Shown in pieces: positions 32,851 to 42,961 of a stretch of DNA of 54,764 nucleotides (position 1 is the first letter of the stretch; the number at the start of each line of letters is the position of its first letter). This DNA comes from an uncultured Gammaproteobacteria bacterium. GTDB taxonomy: Bacteria > Pseudomonadota > Gammaproteobacteria > Steroidobacterales > GCA-2729495. The notes below the pieces were generated by a model. The model saw only the letters and a list, made by a program, of their open reading frames with translations. It was not told where the DNA came from and made no database searches. The translations under genes were made by a program, and so were the position numbers. The stretch is from contig CALGMY010000141.1 of the NCBI GenBank assembly GCA_937958785.1, positions 1-54,764 of the forward strand, in the 5' to 3' direction.

Positions 32851-34161
32851 TCAGGCCCAGACATCCAGCAGGCGGTCCGGCGCGGGCCGTGCCGGCGATC
32901 CGTCGCCGGCGATCCGGCTGTCGCGCCGCGTGGCCGCGGCCCAGGGCCCCGGCACCTCGCTCGTCCGGCGCTCCTGGCCGGAGGCAGACTGGCCGGAGGC
33001 GGACTGGCCCGGATTGCCCGTGCCGGTGTCCACCTGGGTGCGGGTCAGCTGGATGCCCTGCTCGGCGAACATCTCCTTGAGCCGCGGCAGGGTGCCCTCG
33101 ATGGCTTCGCGGGCCTGGGCGCTGCTGGTCCCGAACCACACCTGGGCCGTGCCGTCTTCCAGGGTGATCTGCACGTCGAGTTCACCGAGCTGCTCCGGGT
33201 GCAGCCGGAGCCGGGCGGAGTGGCTCCCCGGCCCCGCGAGGGTGAGCAGCCGGTCGGCGAGGCCGCCGGCGAACGCGGCCCCGTCACCGAGCGGCTGCAG
33301 CGGCGGCAGGCCGGTGCCGGCCAGGCGGCCGGCCAGCGTGCCGCCATCGGTGGCGCTGGCGGGCAGGGTGGTCGTGGCCAGGGTGGTCGCCGGCGACGTG
33401 TCCGGTGCCGCGGCGAATGCGGCGATGTGGCCGGCCAGCCATTCACCGCCGGCGAGCGGCACCGCCGGCAGCGGGCTCCGCGTGAGGTCCGCGCCCGCGA
33501 GTCGCAGGGTGAGCCGGTCGTTCGCCTGGGGCAGGGGGAGCGGCACTGTGGCCGGCGTGGGAGTCGGTGCGCCGGTCGACGCTGGCAGGCGTGCCGCCGC
33601 CGGGACCTCGTCCGGATGGTCCGTTCCCGCGGACCTTACGAGCGGGAGCGGGTTCGCCACCGGGCCAGTCGCGCCGCCTGCCACGGCCGGCTCATCCCCG
33701 GGGATCGCCGGGACCGGGACCGGCGGCGCCGCCACCGGCCGCGTCAGGGCGAGGGCGGCGAGGGAAATGCGTTCGGGGGGTGGGGGTGGCGCCGGCGTGC
33801 CGGTGGCCGGTGCCGGCAACTCTCCACCCGACAGCGGCAAGCCGTTGCCGCCGGCCGGCAGCGCATTGCCGGACGGCAGTGCCGCGGGCAGTGCCGCAGG
33901 AAGGGCGACGGGTGACGGGGCCAGCGCGGGCAGGGGCGGCAGCGAGCCTGTGGCGTCGGCCTCCGCCGCGTCGCTGGCGAGGTCGGGAAAGAGGGCTTCG
34001 GTGCCGTTCGCGGCGGCCGGCGGTGCGAGCGTCTGCGTGCCGCCGAGCACGCCGGCCAGGAGCGCGGCAAAGGGGTTGCCGGCACCGGGCCGGAGGGGGG
34101 CCGGTGCGGCGGCGGTCACCAGTTCCGGGGCCGGGACGACGTTCAGGGACACTTCGCTCAC
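32851..34161 (-). CDS. fliK: Flagellar hook-length control protein FliK
   Basis: 436 aa. Pro/Ala-rich N-terminal and central region. C-terminal Flg_hook domain LRLHPEQLGELDVQITLEDGTAQVWFGTSSAQAREAIEGTLPRLKEMF. GTG start; the start is uncertain (see findings). Confidence 0.88.
   Translation of the reverse strand: MSEVSLNVVPAPELVTAAAPAPLRPGAGNPFAALLAGVLGGTQTLAPPAAANGTEALFPDLASDAAEADATGSLPPLPALAPSPVALPAALPAALPSGNALPAGGNGLPLSGGELPAPATGTPAPPPPPERISLAALALTRPVAAPPVPVPAIPGDEPAVAGGATGPVANPLPLVRSAGTDHPDEVPAAARLPASTGAPTPTPATVPLPLPQANDRLTLRLAGADLTRSPLPAVPLAGGEWLAGHIAAFAAAPDTSPATTLATTTLPASATDGGTLAGRLAGTGLPPLQPLGDGAAFAGGLADRLLTLAGPGSHSARLRLHPEQLGELDVQITLEDGTAQVWFGTSSAQAREAIEGTLPRLKEMFAEQGIQLTRTQVDTGTGNPGQSASGQSASGQERRTSEVPGPWAAATRRDSRIAGDGSPARPAPDRLLDVWA
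32974..33010. repeat. 15-bp tandem repeat (about 2.4 copies) inside the fliK 3' end
   Basis: ctggccggaggcaga ctggccggaggcgga ctggccc encodes GQSASGQSASGQ. Confidence 0.85.
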
Positions 34162-34172
34162 GGGGAGGTATC

Positions 34173-34189
34173 AAGCAACCTCCGTGCCA
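34173..34189 (-). promoter_or_regulatory. Sigma-54 promoter in the 35-nt fliJ-fliK gap
   Basis: Minus strand reads TGGCACGGAGGTTGCTT, matching TGGCACG-N4-TTGCW. The -12 C is only about 13 nt from the fliK GTG. Confidence 0.7.
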
Positions 34190-34196
34190 CCCGCCG

Positions 34197-34637
34197 TCAC
34201 ACTTTGCGGTCGGTGCCACCCCGGCCGTTGGCCATCTCGTCGAGCCGGGCCTGCTCGCGCCGGTCGGCCCGCTCCCGCTCGCCCTCGGCCTCCCGCTCGC
34301 CGAGCTTCTCCAGGGATCGGGTCCTCGCCCGGGCGGCCCGCCAATTCAGCGTCTGCTGCTCGACCTGGCGGCGCTGCACATCCACCGCGCCCCGCTGCTC
34401 GTCGACGGCGTTCCGCAGCCGCTCGAGGAAGCCCCGGCCGCTCTTCAGGCTGCCGATGGTCATGCTCCGGCCGTGGCCGGATTCCTGGCCGTACTCGGCA
34501 AGGTAACCCCTGATCTGTTGCAAACGGCGCTCCTCGGCGTCGAGGCCCCGCAGGCGCTCGGCGAGGCGCCGCGCGTTCTCGGTCTCGGTGTGGCTCGCGA
34601 GCCGCTTCAGGATGTCGATGCGGCTACGCCGGGCCAC
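34197..34637 (-). CDS. fliJ: Flagellar export chaperone/stalk protein FliJ
   Basis: 146-aa coiled-coil protein between fliI and fliK. RLQQIRGYLAEY and QRRQVEQQTLNWRAA are FliJ-like. Confidence 0.85.
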   Translation of the reverse strand: MARRSRIDILKRLASHTETENARRLAERLRGLDAEERRLQQIRGYLAEYGQESGHGRSMTIGSLKSGRGFLERLRNAVDEQRGAVDVQRRQVEQQTLNWRAARARTRSLEKLGEREAEGERERADRREQARLDEMANGRGGTDRKV

Positions 34638-36036
34638 GGGTGCGGGCGTCCGCCGGGTCGGTGTTCACGAGGGTTTCCAGCTGGGCGATGCTTTCCTGGA
34701 AGCTCACGGGCTGGTCGGTCGCCTGCTTCAGGAAGGCCTCCACCCGGGGCCAGAGGCGCACGGCCCGGTCCAGCTGGGGGTCCGCCCCCGGCCGGTACGC
34801 GCCGACCGTGATGAGGTCCCGGTTGCGCAGGTAGCAGGACACGATCTCCCGGAACTTCTGGGCCGCCGCCAGGTGCTGTCGCGAGGCGATGCGGCTCATG
34901 GAACGGCTGATCGACGACTCCACGTTCACCGGCGGGTAGATGCCGCTCTCGGCCATGTCCCGGGACAGCATGATGTGGCCGTCCAGGATGGCCCGGGCGG
35001 CGTCCACGATGGGGTCGTTCTCGTCGTCGCCCTCGGCGAGGACCGTATAGAAGGCGGTGATCGAGCCGCCGCCCGTGTCGCCCGTGCCGGCGCGCTCCAC
35101 CAGCTGGGGCAGTCGCGCGAACACGGAGGGCGGATAGCCCTTGGTCGCGGGTGGCTCGCCGATCGCGAGGCCGATCTCGCGCTGGGCCTGGGCAAAGCGG
35201 GTGAGCGAGTCCATGAGCAGCAGCACCTGCCGCCCCTGGGCCCGGAAGTGCTCGGCGATCGCCGTGGCCCGCCAGGCCCCGTGGATGCGGAGAAGGGGCG
35301 AGCAGTCGGCGGGCGTCGCCACCACGATGGAGCGCGCGAGGCCTGCGGCGCCCAGGTTGTCCTCGACGAATTCCTTCACTTCGCGGCCGCGCTCGCCGAT
35401 CAGGCCGACCACGATCACGTCGGCGCGGGTGTAGCGGGTCATCATGCCGAGCAGGGTGCTCTTGCCAACGCCGCTGCCGGCGAACAGGCCGAGGCGCTGG
35501 CCGCGGCCGGCCGTGAACAGCGCATTGATCGAGCGCACGCCCACGTCGAGCGGCTGGTGGATCGGCTGGCGGGCGAGCGGATTGATGGGCTCCGCCTCGA
35601 GTCGTGTCGCGTCCTGGCACACCAGCGGGCCCCGCCCGTCGAGGGGATTGCCGGCGCCGTCGATCACCCGGCCGAGCAGGGCATCGCCCACGGCAACCCG
35701 GGCCACGGACCGTTGGGGGATCACCCGCGCGTTGGGCATGACCCCGGCGAGGGTGCCGGTGGGCATCAGGAACAGCCGGTCACCGGAGAAGCCGACGACT
35801 TCGGCCTCCACGGGGTTGCCGGTGGTTCCCTCGATGAGACACCGGGCGCCGAGGGCCGCCTCGCACCCGACGGCCTCGAGCGTCATGCCGGCCACCCGGG
35901 ACAGCTTGCCCTCGACGACGATGCCGGGCTGGCGTGCGGCCGCCCGGAGCGTGGCGAGGCGGCGCGACCACCGCTCGCTGCGCTCCCCGGCGAGCCGGAC
36001 GGCCGGATGCCTAGGCAGGCTGGTGATCTGGCTCAT
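34624..36036 (-). CDS. fliI: Flagellum-specific ATPase FliI
   Basis: In-frame ATG at 36036 (MSQITSL). Walker A GSGVGKST, Walker B VLLLMDSLTR. The track's 169-codon upstream extension overlaps fliH and is rejected. Confidence 0.95.
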   Translation of the reverse strand: MSQITSLPRHPAVRLAGERSERWSRRLATLRAAARQPGIVVEGKLSRVAGMTLEAVGCEAALGARCLIEGTTGNPVEAEVVGFSGDRLFLMPTGTLAGVMPNARVIPQRSVARVAVGDALLGRVIDGAGNPLDGRGPLVCQDATRLEAEPINPLARQPIHQPLDVGVRSINALFTAGRGQRLGLFAGSGVGKSTLLGMMTRYTRADVIVVGLIGERGREVKEFVEDNLGAAGLARSIVVATPADCSPLLRIHGAWRATAIAEHFRAQGRQVLLLMDSLTRFAQAQREIGLAIGEPPATKGYPPSVFARLPQLVERAGTGDTGGGSITAFYTVLAEGDDENDPIVDAARAILDGHIMLSRDMAESGIYPPVNVESSISRSMSRIASRQHLAAAQKFREIVSCYLRNRDLITVGAYRPGADPQLDRAVRLWPRVEAFLKQATDQPVSFQESIAQLETLVNTDPADARTRGPA

Positions 36037-36646
36037 CGCGCTGGTCCTCCATGAGTCCCGCGACCAGGCGGGCGAGCCGGGCGTCCAGCCGCGCGTCGAT
36101 CGTCGACCGGGGCGAGGTGATGAGGCAGCCCCCCCGCTCGAGCGTGGGATCGGTCTCCACCCGCCAGGCCCGGTCGCCGGCTGGCTGGCCGAGCCGCTCG
36201 GCGAGCGCTTCTGCATCCGCAGGGTGCAGGCGCACCACCACGTCGCCGCTCGCGAGCGGGAGCGCGGCGAGGCCCTCGCGGATGATGCCCACGAGGTGCC
36301 CGGGATCCAGGCGCAGTTCGCGGCGGACGAGCTGGCGGGCGACTGCCTGCACCAGGGCGAGCAGCTCGTCCTCGACCCGGTGGTCCAGGTCCCCGAGCGG
36401 CCGCGCGAGGGCGTCGAGGATGGACTCGACCGCCTCGATGCGGGCCGCCAGTTCCCGGGTGCCGGCCTCGATCCCGGCGGCACGCCCTTCGCTGAAGCCC
36501 TTGTCCCAGGCCCGCTGCTGGACCGCCGCGAGGTCGCCATCACCGGTGCGCCGGTAGCTGCCCGGGCCGCCCTGGGTGGGGACCTCGGGTGCGCGCCAGG
36601 CGACGACGGGGGCGTCGCCGCTGCGGATCAGCCTAGACGAAGTCAT
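36011..36646 (-). CDS. fliH: Flagellar assembly protein FliH
   Basis: 211 aa. AWDKGFSEGRAAGIEAG followed by the FliH C-terminal domain. Lies between fliG and fliI. Confidence 0.88.
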   Translation of the reverse strand: MTSSRLIRSGDAPVVAWRAPEVPTQGGPGSYRRTGDGDLAAVQQRAWDKGFSEGRAAGIEAGTRELAARIEAVESILDALARPLGDLDHRVEDELLALVQAVARQLVRRELRLDPGHLVGIIREGLAALPLASGDVVVRLHPADAEALAERLGQPAGDRAWRVETDPTLERGGCLITSPRSTIDARLDARLARLVAGLMEDQRDEPDHQPA

Positions 36647-37637
36647 CGCCGCCGCCGCCCAGGATGATGGTGCCCTCGTCGGCGAGGCGCCGGGCGACGG
36701 TGACGATCTCCTTCTGGGCCGCCTCGACCTCCGCGATGCGCACGGGGCCCTTGGCCTCCAGGTCGGACTTCAGCATCTCGCCGGCGCGCTTGGACATGTT
36801 CTTGAAGATCTTGTCCTGCAGGGCCTGCTCGGCGCCCTTGAGGGCGATCACCAGGATGTCCGTCGTGACCTCCCGGACCAGCGCCTGGATGCCGCGGTCG
36901 TCCACGGCCAGCAGGTTGTCGAACACGAACATGTTCTCCTGGATCTCCTGGGAGAGGACCGCGTTCTCCTGGTTCAGGTTCTCGATGATCTGGTGCTCGA
37001 TCTCCTTCTCCACCATGTTCAGGATCTCGGCGGCATTGCGCACCCCGCCCATGGCGGTGACCTTGAAGCCGGTGGACTGGGAGAAGCGCTGCTGCATCAC
37101 CTCGTCGAGCTCGGCGATGGTGTGCTGGGGGATCTCGCCCATGCGGGCGATGCGCGTCACCACCTCGGTCGAGAGGCGGACCGGCAGCTGGGAGATGACG
37201 TCGGCTGCCTTCTTCGACTCGAGGCCGGCCAGCACGACGGCGATGACCTGGGGATGCTCGCGGTGAATCACTTCGGTGATCTCCTTCGCTTCCATCAGCT
37301 GCAGCGAGTCGAGTCCCCGCGGCTCGTCCTCGACGATCCGGTCGAGGACTTTCGAGGCCTTCTCCTCGCCGAGGGAGCTGGTCAGCAGCCGCTTGAGGAA
37401 CGTGGGCGAGCGGCCGACGAGCGGGGCATCGCCCTCGACGTTGTTCGTGAACTGGGAGAGCACGGACTCGGCCTGGCCGCGGGTGACCTTGCGGAGGGAG
37501 GCCATGGCCTTGCCGAGGCGCTGGACCTCGCTGACGGGCATGTGCTTCATCACCTCGGCGGCTTCCTTCTCGCTGAGGGACATCAGGAAGATGGCCGCCC
37601 GCTCGCTGCCGGAGAGGTCCTGCTGTTTCTCAGCCAT
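36633..37637 (-). CDS. fliG: Flagellar motor switch protein FliG
   Basis: 334 aa. LSGSERAAIFLMSL, the MFVFDNL motif, and a charged C-terminal helix (KRAGEMLKSDLE). Confidence 0.97.
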   Translation of the reverse strand: MAEKQQDLSGSERAAIFLMSLSEKEAAEVMKHMPVSEVQRLGKAMASLRKVTRGQAESVLSQFTNNVEGDAPLVGRSPTFLKRLLTSSLGEEKASKVLDRIVEDEPRGLDSLQLMEAKEITEVIHREHPQVIAVVLAGLESKKAADVISQLPVRLSTEVVTRIARMGEIPQHTIAELDEVMQQRFSQSTGFKVTAMGGVRNAAEILNMVEKEIEHQIIENLNQENAVLSQEIQENMFVFDNLLAVDDRGIQALVREVTTDILVIALKGAEQALQDKIFKNMSKRAGEMLKSDLEAKGPVRIAEVEAAQKEIVTVARRLADEGTIILGGGGDDFV

Positions 37638-39303
37638 CGGCCTGCACCCACGACCTTACGATCTGTGCCACGCGCTCGGGATTCTTGTCGGCGAGCTGGC
37701 GGGCGACGCTCACCTTGTCGTCGTAGCTGAGGGGCACGCGGGGGTCCGCCATGGCGCCACCGCCGCCGCCGGCGCCCGCCCCGGCATAGGCCGGCACGCC
37801 CGGCGCGCCGGGTGCGCCGCCACCGCCGCCGAGTGCCCGCAGCAGCGGCTTCACCAGCACGAGGGCAACCACCAGGATGAGCAGGCCCGCGAGGCCCTGC
37901 TTGCCCAGGGACTGGACGGTGGGGTTCTGCAGCATGCCCGGTCCCTCGACCTCCTCGGCCGGCGGGCTCTGGTAGAAGGCCATGCTGCTCACGCTGACCG
38001 TGTCGCCCCGGGCCTCGTCGTAGCCCACGGCGTCGCGGACCAGCTTCTGGATCGCCTCGAGTTCCTCCGGCGGGACCTTGGCGGAGCTCACCGTGCCGTC
38101 CTCGGCGGTCACGCGCTTCTCGTCGATGAGCACGGCGACGGACAGCCGCTTCAGGTTGCCGGTGGACTGCTTCGTGTGGCTGAGGGTACGGTCCATCTCG
38201 AAATTGCGGGTGCGGCGCACCGACTCGTTCTCGGGCTGGGCGGCTACCGTGGCCGCCGCCTGGGCGGCCGCCGCCTCGGGCGGGATGGCCGGGTTGGCCG
38301 CGCCCGGGGCCGGGGTCGCGGCCTGGGCCGGCGTGGCGGCCAGCGGCGCCGGCGGGGGTGGCTGGTTGCTGAGGGCGCCCGGGATGCCGCCCGCGAGGCC
38401 GCTGCCGTTGTTCCGGTCCTCCGCCACCTGCTCGCTGCGGACGATGGTCTCCGGGTCGTAGAGTTCCTGGGTCTCCTCGCGCTGGGTGAAGTCGAGTTCC
38501 GTCGTCACGGTGGTGCGGACGCGGCCCGCGCCGAGCATCGGGACCAGCAGGTTCTCGATGCGCTGGACGTAGCTCTCCTCGACCTTGCGCACGTAGTCGA
38601 GCTGACGGGCCGAGAGGCCGAGCTCGGAGCCGTCCTCCGGCGAGCTGAGCAGCCGGCCGGTCTGGTCGACCACGGTGACCTGGCTCGGCTCGAGGTCGGG
38701 GATGGAGGATCCCACCAGGTGCACGATGGCCGCGACCTGGGCCTCGCTGAGCTGCCGGCCCGCATAGAGCTGCAGCAGCACCGAGGCGCTCGGCCGCTGC
38801 TTCTTGCCGAGGAAGACCGTCGACTTGGGCACGGCGAGGTGCACCCGGGCGCTCTGCACCGGCTGCAGGCTGCCGATCGTGCGCGCCAGCTCCGTCTCGA
38901 GGGCGTGGTGGTAGCGCGCGCCTTCCATGAACTGGCTGGTGGAGAAGCTGTTGCCCCCCTCCATGATCTCCAGGCCGAAGCCCGAGCTCTTCGGCAGGCC
39001 CTGCTCCGCGAGCTTGAGCCGCGCCTGGTGGACCATCTCGCTGGGCACCTTCACGGCCCCGCTGTTCTGGTCGAGCTGGTAGGGGATGGAGGCGCTGCCG
39101 AGGACGTTGATGACCTCGCTCGCCTCCTTGTCGGAGATGTTGCCGAGCAGGACCGTGTAGCCGGGGTCCTTCATCCAGAAGGCCGCGGTGACCCCGATCG
39201 AGATGCTGGCGGCGAGGCCGATCAGCACCAGCAGCTGGCGCATGCCGGGCATGCGCGTGAGCGGCTCGAAGGGGTTGGTGAGCTGGTTGTCTGCAGTGGC
39301 CAT
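37630..39303 (-). CDS. fliF: Flagellar MS-ring protein FliF
   Basis: 557 aa. N-terminal TM, YscJ/FliF ring-building motifs (IPYQLDQNSGAVKVP), second TM and a C-terminal FliG-binding tail. Confidence 0.96.
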   Translation of the reverse strand: MATADNQLTNPFEPLTRMPGMRQLLVLIGLAASISIGVTAAFWMKDPGYTVLLGNISDKEASEVINVLGSASIPYQLDQNSGAVKVPSEMVHQARLKLAEQGLPKSSGFGLEIMEGGNSFSTSQFMEGARYHHALETELARTIGSLQPVQSARVHLAVPKSTVFLGKKQRPSASVLLQLYAGRQLSEAQVAAIVHLVGSSIPDLEPSQVTVVDQTGRLLSSPEDGSELGLSARQLDYVRKVEESYVQRIENLLVPMLGAGRVRTTVTTELDFTQREETQELYDPETIVRSEQVAEDRNNGSGLAGGIPGALSNQPPPPAPLAATPAQAATPAPGAANPAIPPEAAAAQAAATVAAQPENESVRRTRNFEMDRTLSHTKQSTGNLKRLSVAVLIDEKRVTAEDGTVSSAKVPPEELEAIQKLVRDAVGYDEARGDTVSVSSMAFYQSPPAEEVEGPGMLQNPTVQSLGKQGLAGLLILVVALVLVKPLLRALGGGGGAPGAPGVPAYAGAGAGGGGGAMADPRVPLSYDDKVSVARQLADKNPERVAQIVRSWVQADG

Positions 39304-39346
39304 CAGTCACTCCTGGGGAAGATGCCGGCGGGTCCCGTGCGGGCCC

Positions 39347-39676
39347 CTAGATCGGCATGTTCATGATTTCCTGGTACGCCTCGACGAGCTTGTTCCGGAC
39401 CTGGGTCATGGCCGTGAAGGACAGGCTGGCCTTCTGCATGGCGACCATCACCTCGGCGACGCTCGCGCTGCCGGTCCCGGTCTGGAAGTCGGTGATGAGC
39501 TGGGTGGCGCCTGCCTGCTGCTCGCTCACGCTGTTGATGGAGCGCGCCAGCACCTGGCCGAAGCTGCCGGCCCCGGCTTCCGTCGCCGCGGGCGTGAGGT
39601 TCGGCTCCGGCAGTCCCATCGTGCCCTGCAGGGCACGCATCTGGGTCAGTACCTTGCTGATCTCGAGGTTGCTCAT
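39347..39676 (-). CDS. fliE: Flagellar hook-basal body protein FliE
   Basis: 109 aa. C-terminal MVAMQKASLSFTAMTQVRNKLVEAYQEIMNMPI. Confidence 0.95.
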   Translation of the reverse strand: MSNLEISKVLTQMRALQGTMGLPEPNLTPAATEAGAGSFGQVLARSINSVSEQQAGATQLITDFQTGTGSASVAEVMVAMQKASLSFTAMTQVRNKLVEAYQEIMNMPI

Positions 39677-39682
39677 GGGGCA

Positions 39683-41046
<1,364 letters not shown>

Positions 41047-41050
<4 letters not shown>

Positions 41051-41880
41051 GCGGCCTGGTGCTCCCGGAGTGCGCCGACGCCGGCCGCGAGGGGCAGGCG
41101 CAGGATGAAGCGGGCGCCCGGCCGGTCGGCGGGTCCGCCGGCGGCCTCCACGCGGATCTCGCCGCGATGGGCCTCCGCGACGGAGCGGACCACGGCGAGG
41201 CCGAGTCCGGTGCCGTCCGGGCGCGAGGTGAAGAAGGGTTCGAAGATGCGCTGGCGGAGGGCCTCGGGCACGCCCGGGCCGTTGTCGGCCACGCGGATCT
41301 CGACGTTGCCGCCGTCGATTGCACCCTCGACCTGCACGGCCGCGGCGGGGCCTGCAGCCTGCAGCGCGTTGCTGACGAGGTTCAGGATGGCACCGACGAG
41401 TGCCGCCCGGTTGCCGCACACCACGGCGTCGGGCGCCGGGCGGCAGTCCAGCTGCTGCCCGGGACGCACGAGGGCGGTCGCCGAGTTGGCCAGGGCGCCA
41501 AACACTTCGGGAAGCCCGACCGGTGCGTCGCTGGCGGCGGCGCCGCGGGCGAAGCCCAGCATGTCGCCGACCAGCTGTTCCAGGTTGTCGAGGCAGCCGA
41601 TGGTCCGGCCGAGCAGCTCGTCCCGGCGGGCCGCCGGCAGGGCGGCATTGGTCGCATTCGAGGCATAGAGCAGCGCCGCCGAGAGCGGCGTGCGGATCTG
41701 GTGCGCGAGGGTGGCGGCCATCTCGCCGAGGGCCGCCAGGCGCTGGTGCCGGGCCAGCACGGCGTCGAGTTCCCGCTCCCGGAGGGTCCGGCGGGCGGTG
41801 TCCCGCTCGGCGATCGCAGTGGCGAGCGCTGCCCGCAGGGCAGCGACTTCGGTGGTGCGGTCGTCAGGGCTCATGGGCAT
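41047..41880 (-). CDS. fleS: Histidine kinase FleS/FlrB, short form without a recognisable sensor domain
   Basis: H-box MAATLAHQIRTPLSAA, N-box LVSNALQA, G-boxes DNGPGV and GTGLGLAV. Start set at ATG 41880 because the track's TTG at 41916 lies inside the -12 box of the upstream sigma-54 promoter. Confidence 0.85.
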
Positions 41881-41911
41881 GGGTTCTTGCGGGTGATCAC
41901 GGAGATCACAC

Positions 41912-41927
41912 AGCAAGAAGCGTGCCG
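41912..41927 (-). promoter_or_regulatory. Sigma-54 promoter upstream of fleS-fleR
   Basis: Minus strand reads CGGCACGCTTCTTGCT (GG-N10-GC with correct spacing). About 33 nt upstream of ATG 41880. Confidence 0.7.
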
Positions 41928-42013
41928 ATGGCTGCTAGACCATAAGAATCATGGTGTTAGGTCGATGAACAGAGCGGCTTGCCAGCGGGCTGGCGGCCGG
42001 TCCGGGGCCGCTG

Positions 42014-42619
42014 TCAGGTTTTTGGCGCCCGGTGGATCCCGGTCTTGCTGAACACGTCGGTGCCCCGGGCGATGGCGACCTGGCGCCGGTGCCGGCGGAA
42101 GATCAGCTTCTCGAGGCCCACGGAGACGAGGGGCGAGAGGTGCTCGAAGCGGGTGATCCGCCAGCGCACGCCGCTGCGCTCCACCGAGCCCGATACCCGG
42201 CCCGCCAGGCGGAACGGGATCGGCAGCAGGGGGTTCGCATACAGCACCAGGACGCCGCTGTCGCCCGTCCGCGCCTGGTCCGCCGAGGGCCCGGTCCACT
42301 CGAGGCAGTCCGCGCGCAGCACCGTGTTGTGGCGCTTCGGCAGGCCGTGCTGCTGGGTCACCAGCCGGGTCACGAGGGACAGCAGCACGTCCACCTTGGC
42401 TTCCAGGTGATGGAGCTCCTGGCCCTTGGGGTTCGGGTCGGTCGAGACCTCCTTCGGGGCTTCCTCGAAGAGGGCAATGGCCTGCAGGGCCCGGGCCGTC
42501 TCCTGGTTGTAGTGCTCGAGTTCGGCCGGGTCGGCGAGCGGGGACGGCTCCCAGGCCAGCGGCAGGAAATCGTGCAGCGCGAGGCCCTCGAATTCGGTCG
42601 GGTTCGGTGCCCTGTTCAT
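42014..42619 (-). CDS. PilZ-like (atypical PilZ, candidate c-di-GMP receptor) protein in the fliD-S-T operon
   Basis: 201 aa, starting 6 nt after the fliT-like stop. HHLEAKVDVLLSLVTRLV helix, a beta-rich core, and C-terminal LEKLIFRRHRRQVA, which I recall from atypical PilZ-domain proteins. Not verified by search. Confidence 0.45.
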   Translation of the reverse strand: MNRAPNPTEFEGLALHDFLPLAWEPSPLADPAELEHYNQETARALQAIALFEEAPKEVSTDPNPKGQELHHLEAKVDVLLSLVTRLVTQQHGLPKRHNTVLRADCLEWTGPSADQARTGDSGVLVLYANPLLPIPFRLAGRVSGSVERSGVRWRITRFEHLSPLVSVGLEKLIFRRHRRQVAIARGTDVFSKTGIHRAPKT

Positions 42620-42625
42620 GCGGTT

Positions 42626-42961
42626 CTACTCCCCGGCGGTGGCCGCGAGGCGCGGCGCCCCCTCGGCCGTGCGTTCATAGGCCCGGACGGCGCCCGGGGC
42701 AGCAGTGAGGGCTCGTGCCGCGGCGGACAGCGTGCGACGCGTGGCGTTGAGTGCGGCGGCCGTGGTGTCGGTGCGGGCACGCAGCTGCTCGAGGATGGCC
42801 CGGGACGCGCCATCCCGGGCGACGTCCGGCTGGCTGGCAAAAAGCGTGGTGAGCAGCTCGCGGCGCTCGAGATCCAGGTCCGTGGCGCCCGCCCAGTCCG
42901 CGTCGGCGACGCGGGCCTCGATGGCGGTCGTCAGGTCCATGATCCGGTCGAGAAGGCTCAT
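42626..42961 (-). CDS. fliT: FliT-like flagellar chaperone (small helical protein)
   Basis: 111 aa. ATGA overlap with the fliS stop. Helical, Ala/Leu/Arg-rich. The call rests mainly on position after fliS. Confidence 0.5.
   Translation of the reverse strand: MSLLDRIMDLTTAIEARVADADWAGATDLDLERRELLTTLFASQPDVARDGASRAILEQLRARTDTTAAALNATRRTLSAAARALTAAPGAVRAYERTAEGAPRLAATAGE

Noticed and set aside
34624-36543. 639-aa version of FliI. Also the 579-aa version of the GGDEF protein (16078..17817), the 476-aa MotB and the 381-aa FliA.
   Set aside because: The N-terminal extensions overlap the upstream genes (fliH, the DUF2802 gene, motA and fleN). They are compositionally aberrant, and canonical N-termini with ATG starts lie downstream.
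41945-42013. Hairpin GCGGCC-ccggacc-GGCCGC after the PilZ-like gene, considered as an intrinsic terminator
   Set aside because: The stem is only 6 bp and no U tract follows on the transcribed strand. The T-run (ttttt) lies on the opposite strand, inside the coding end.
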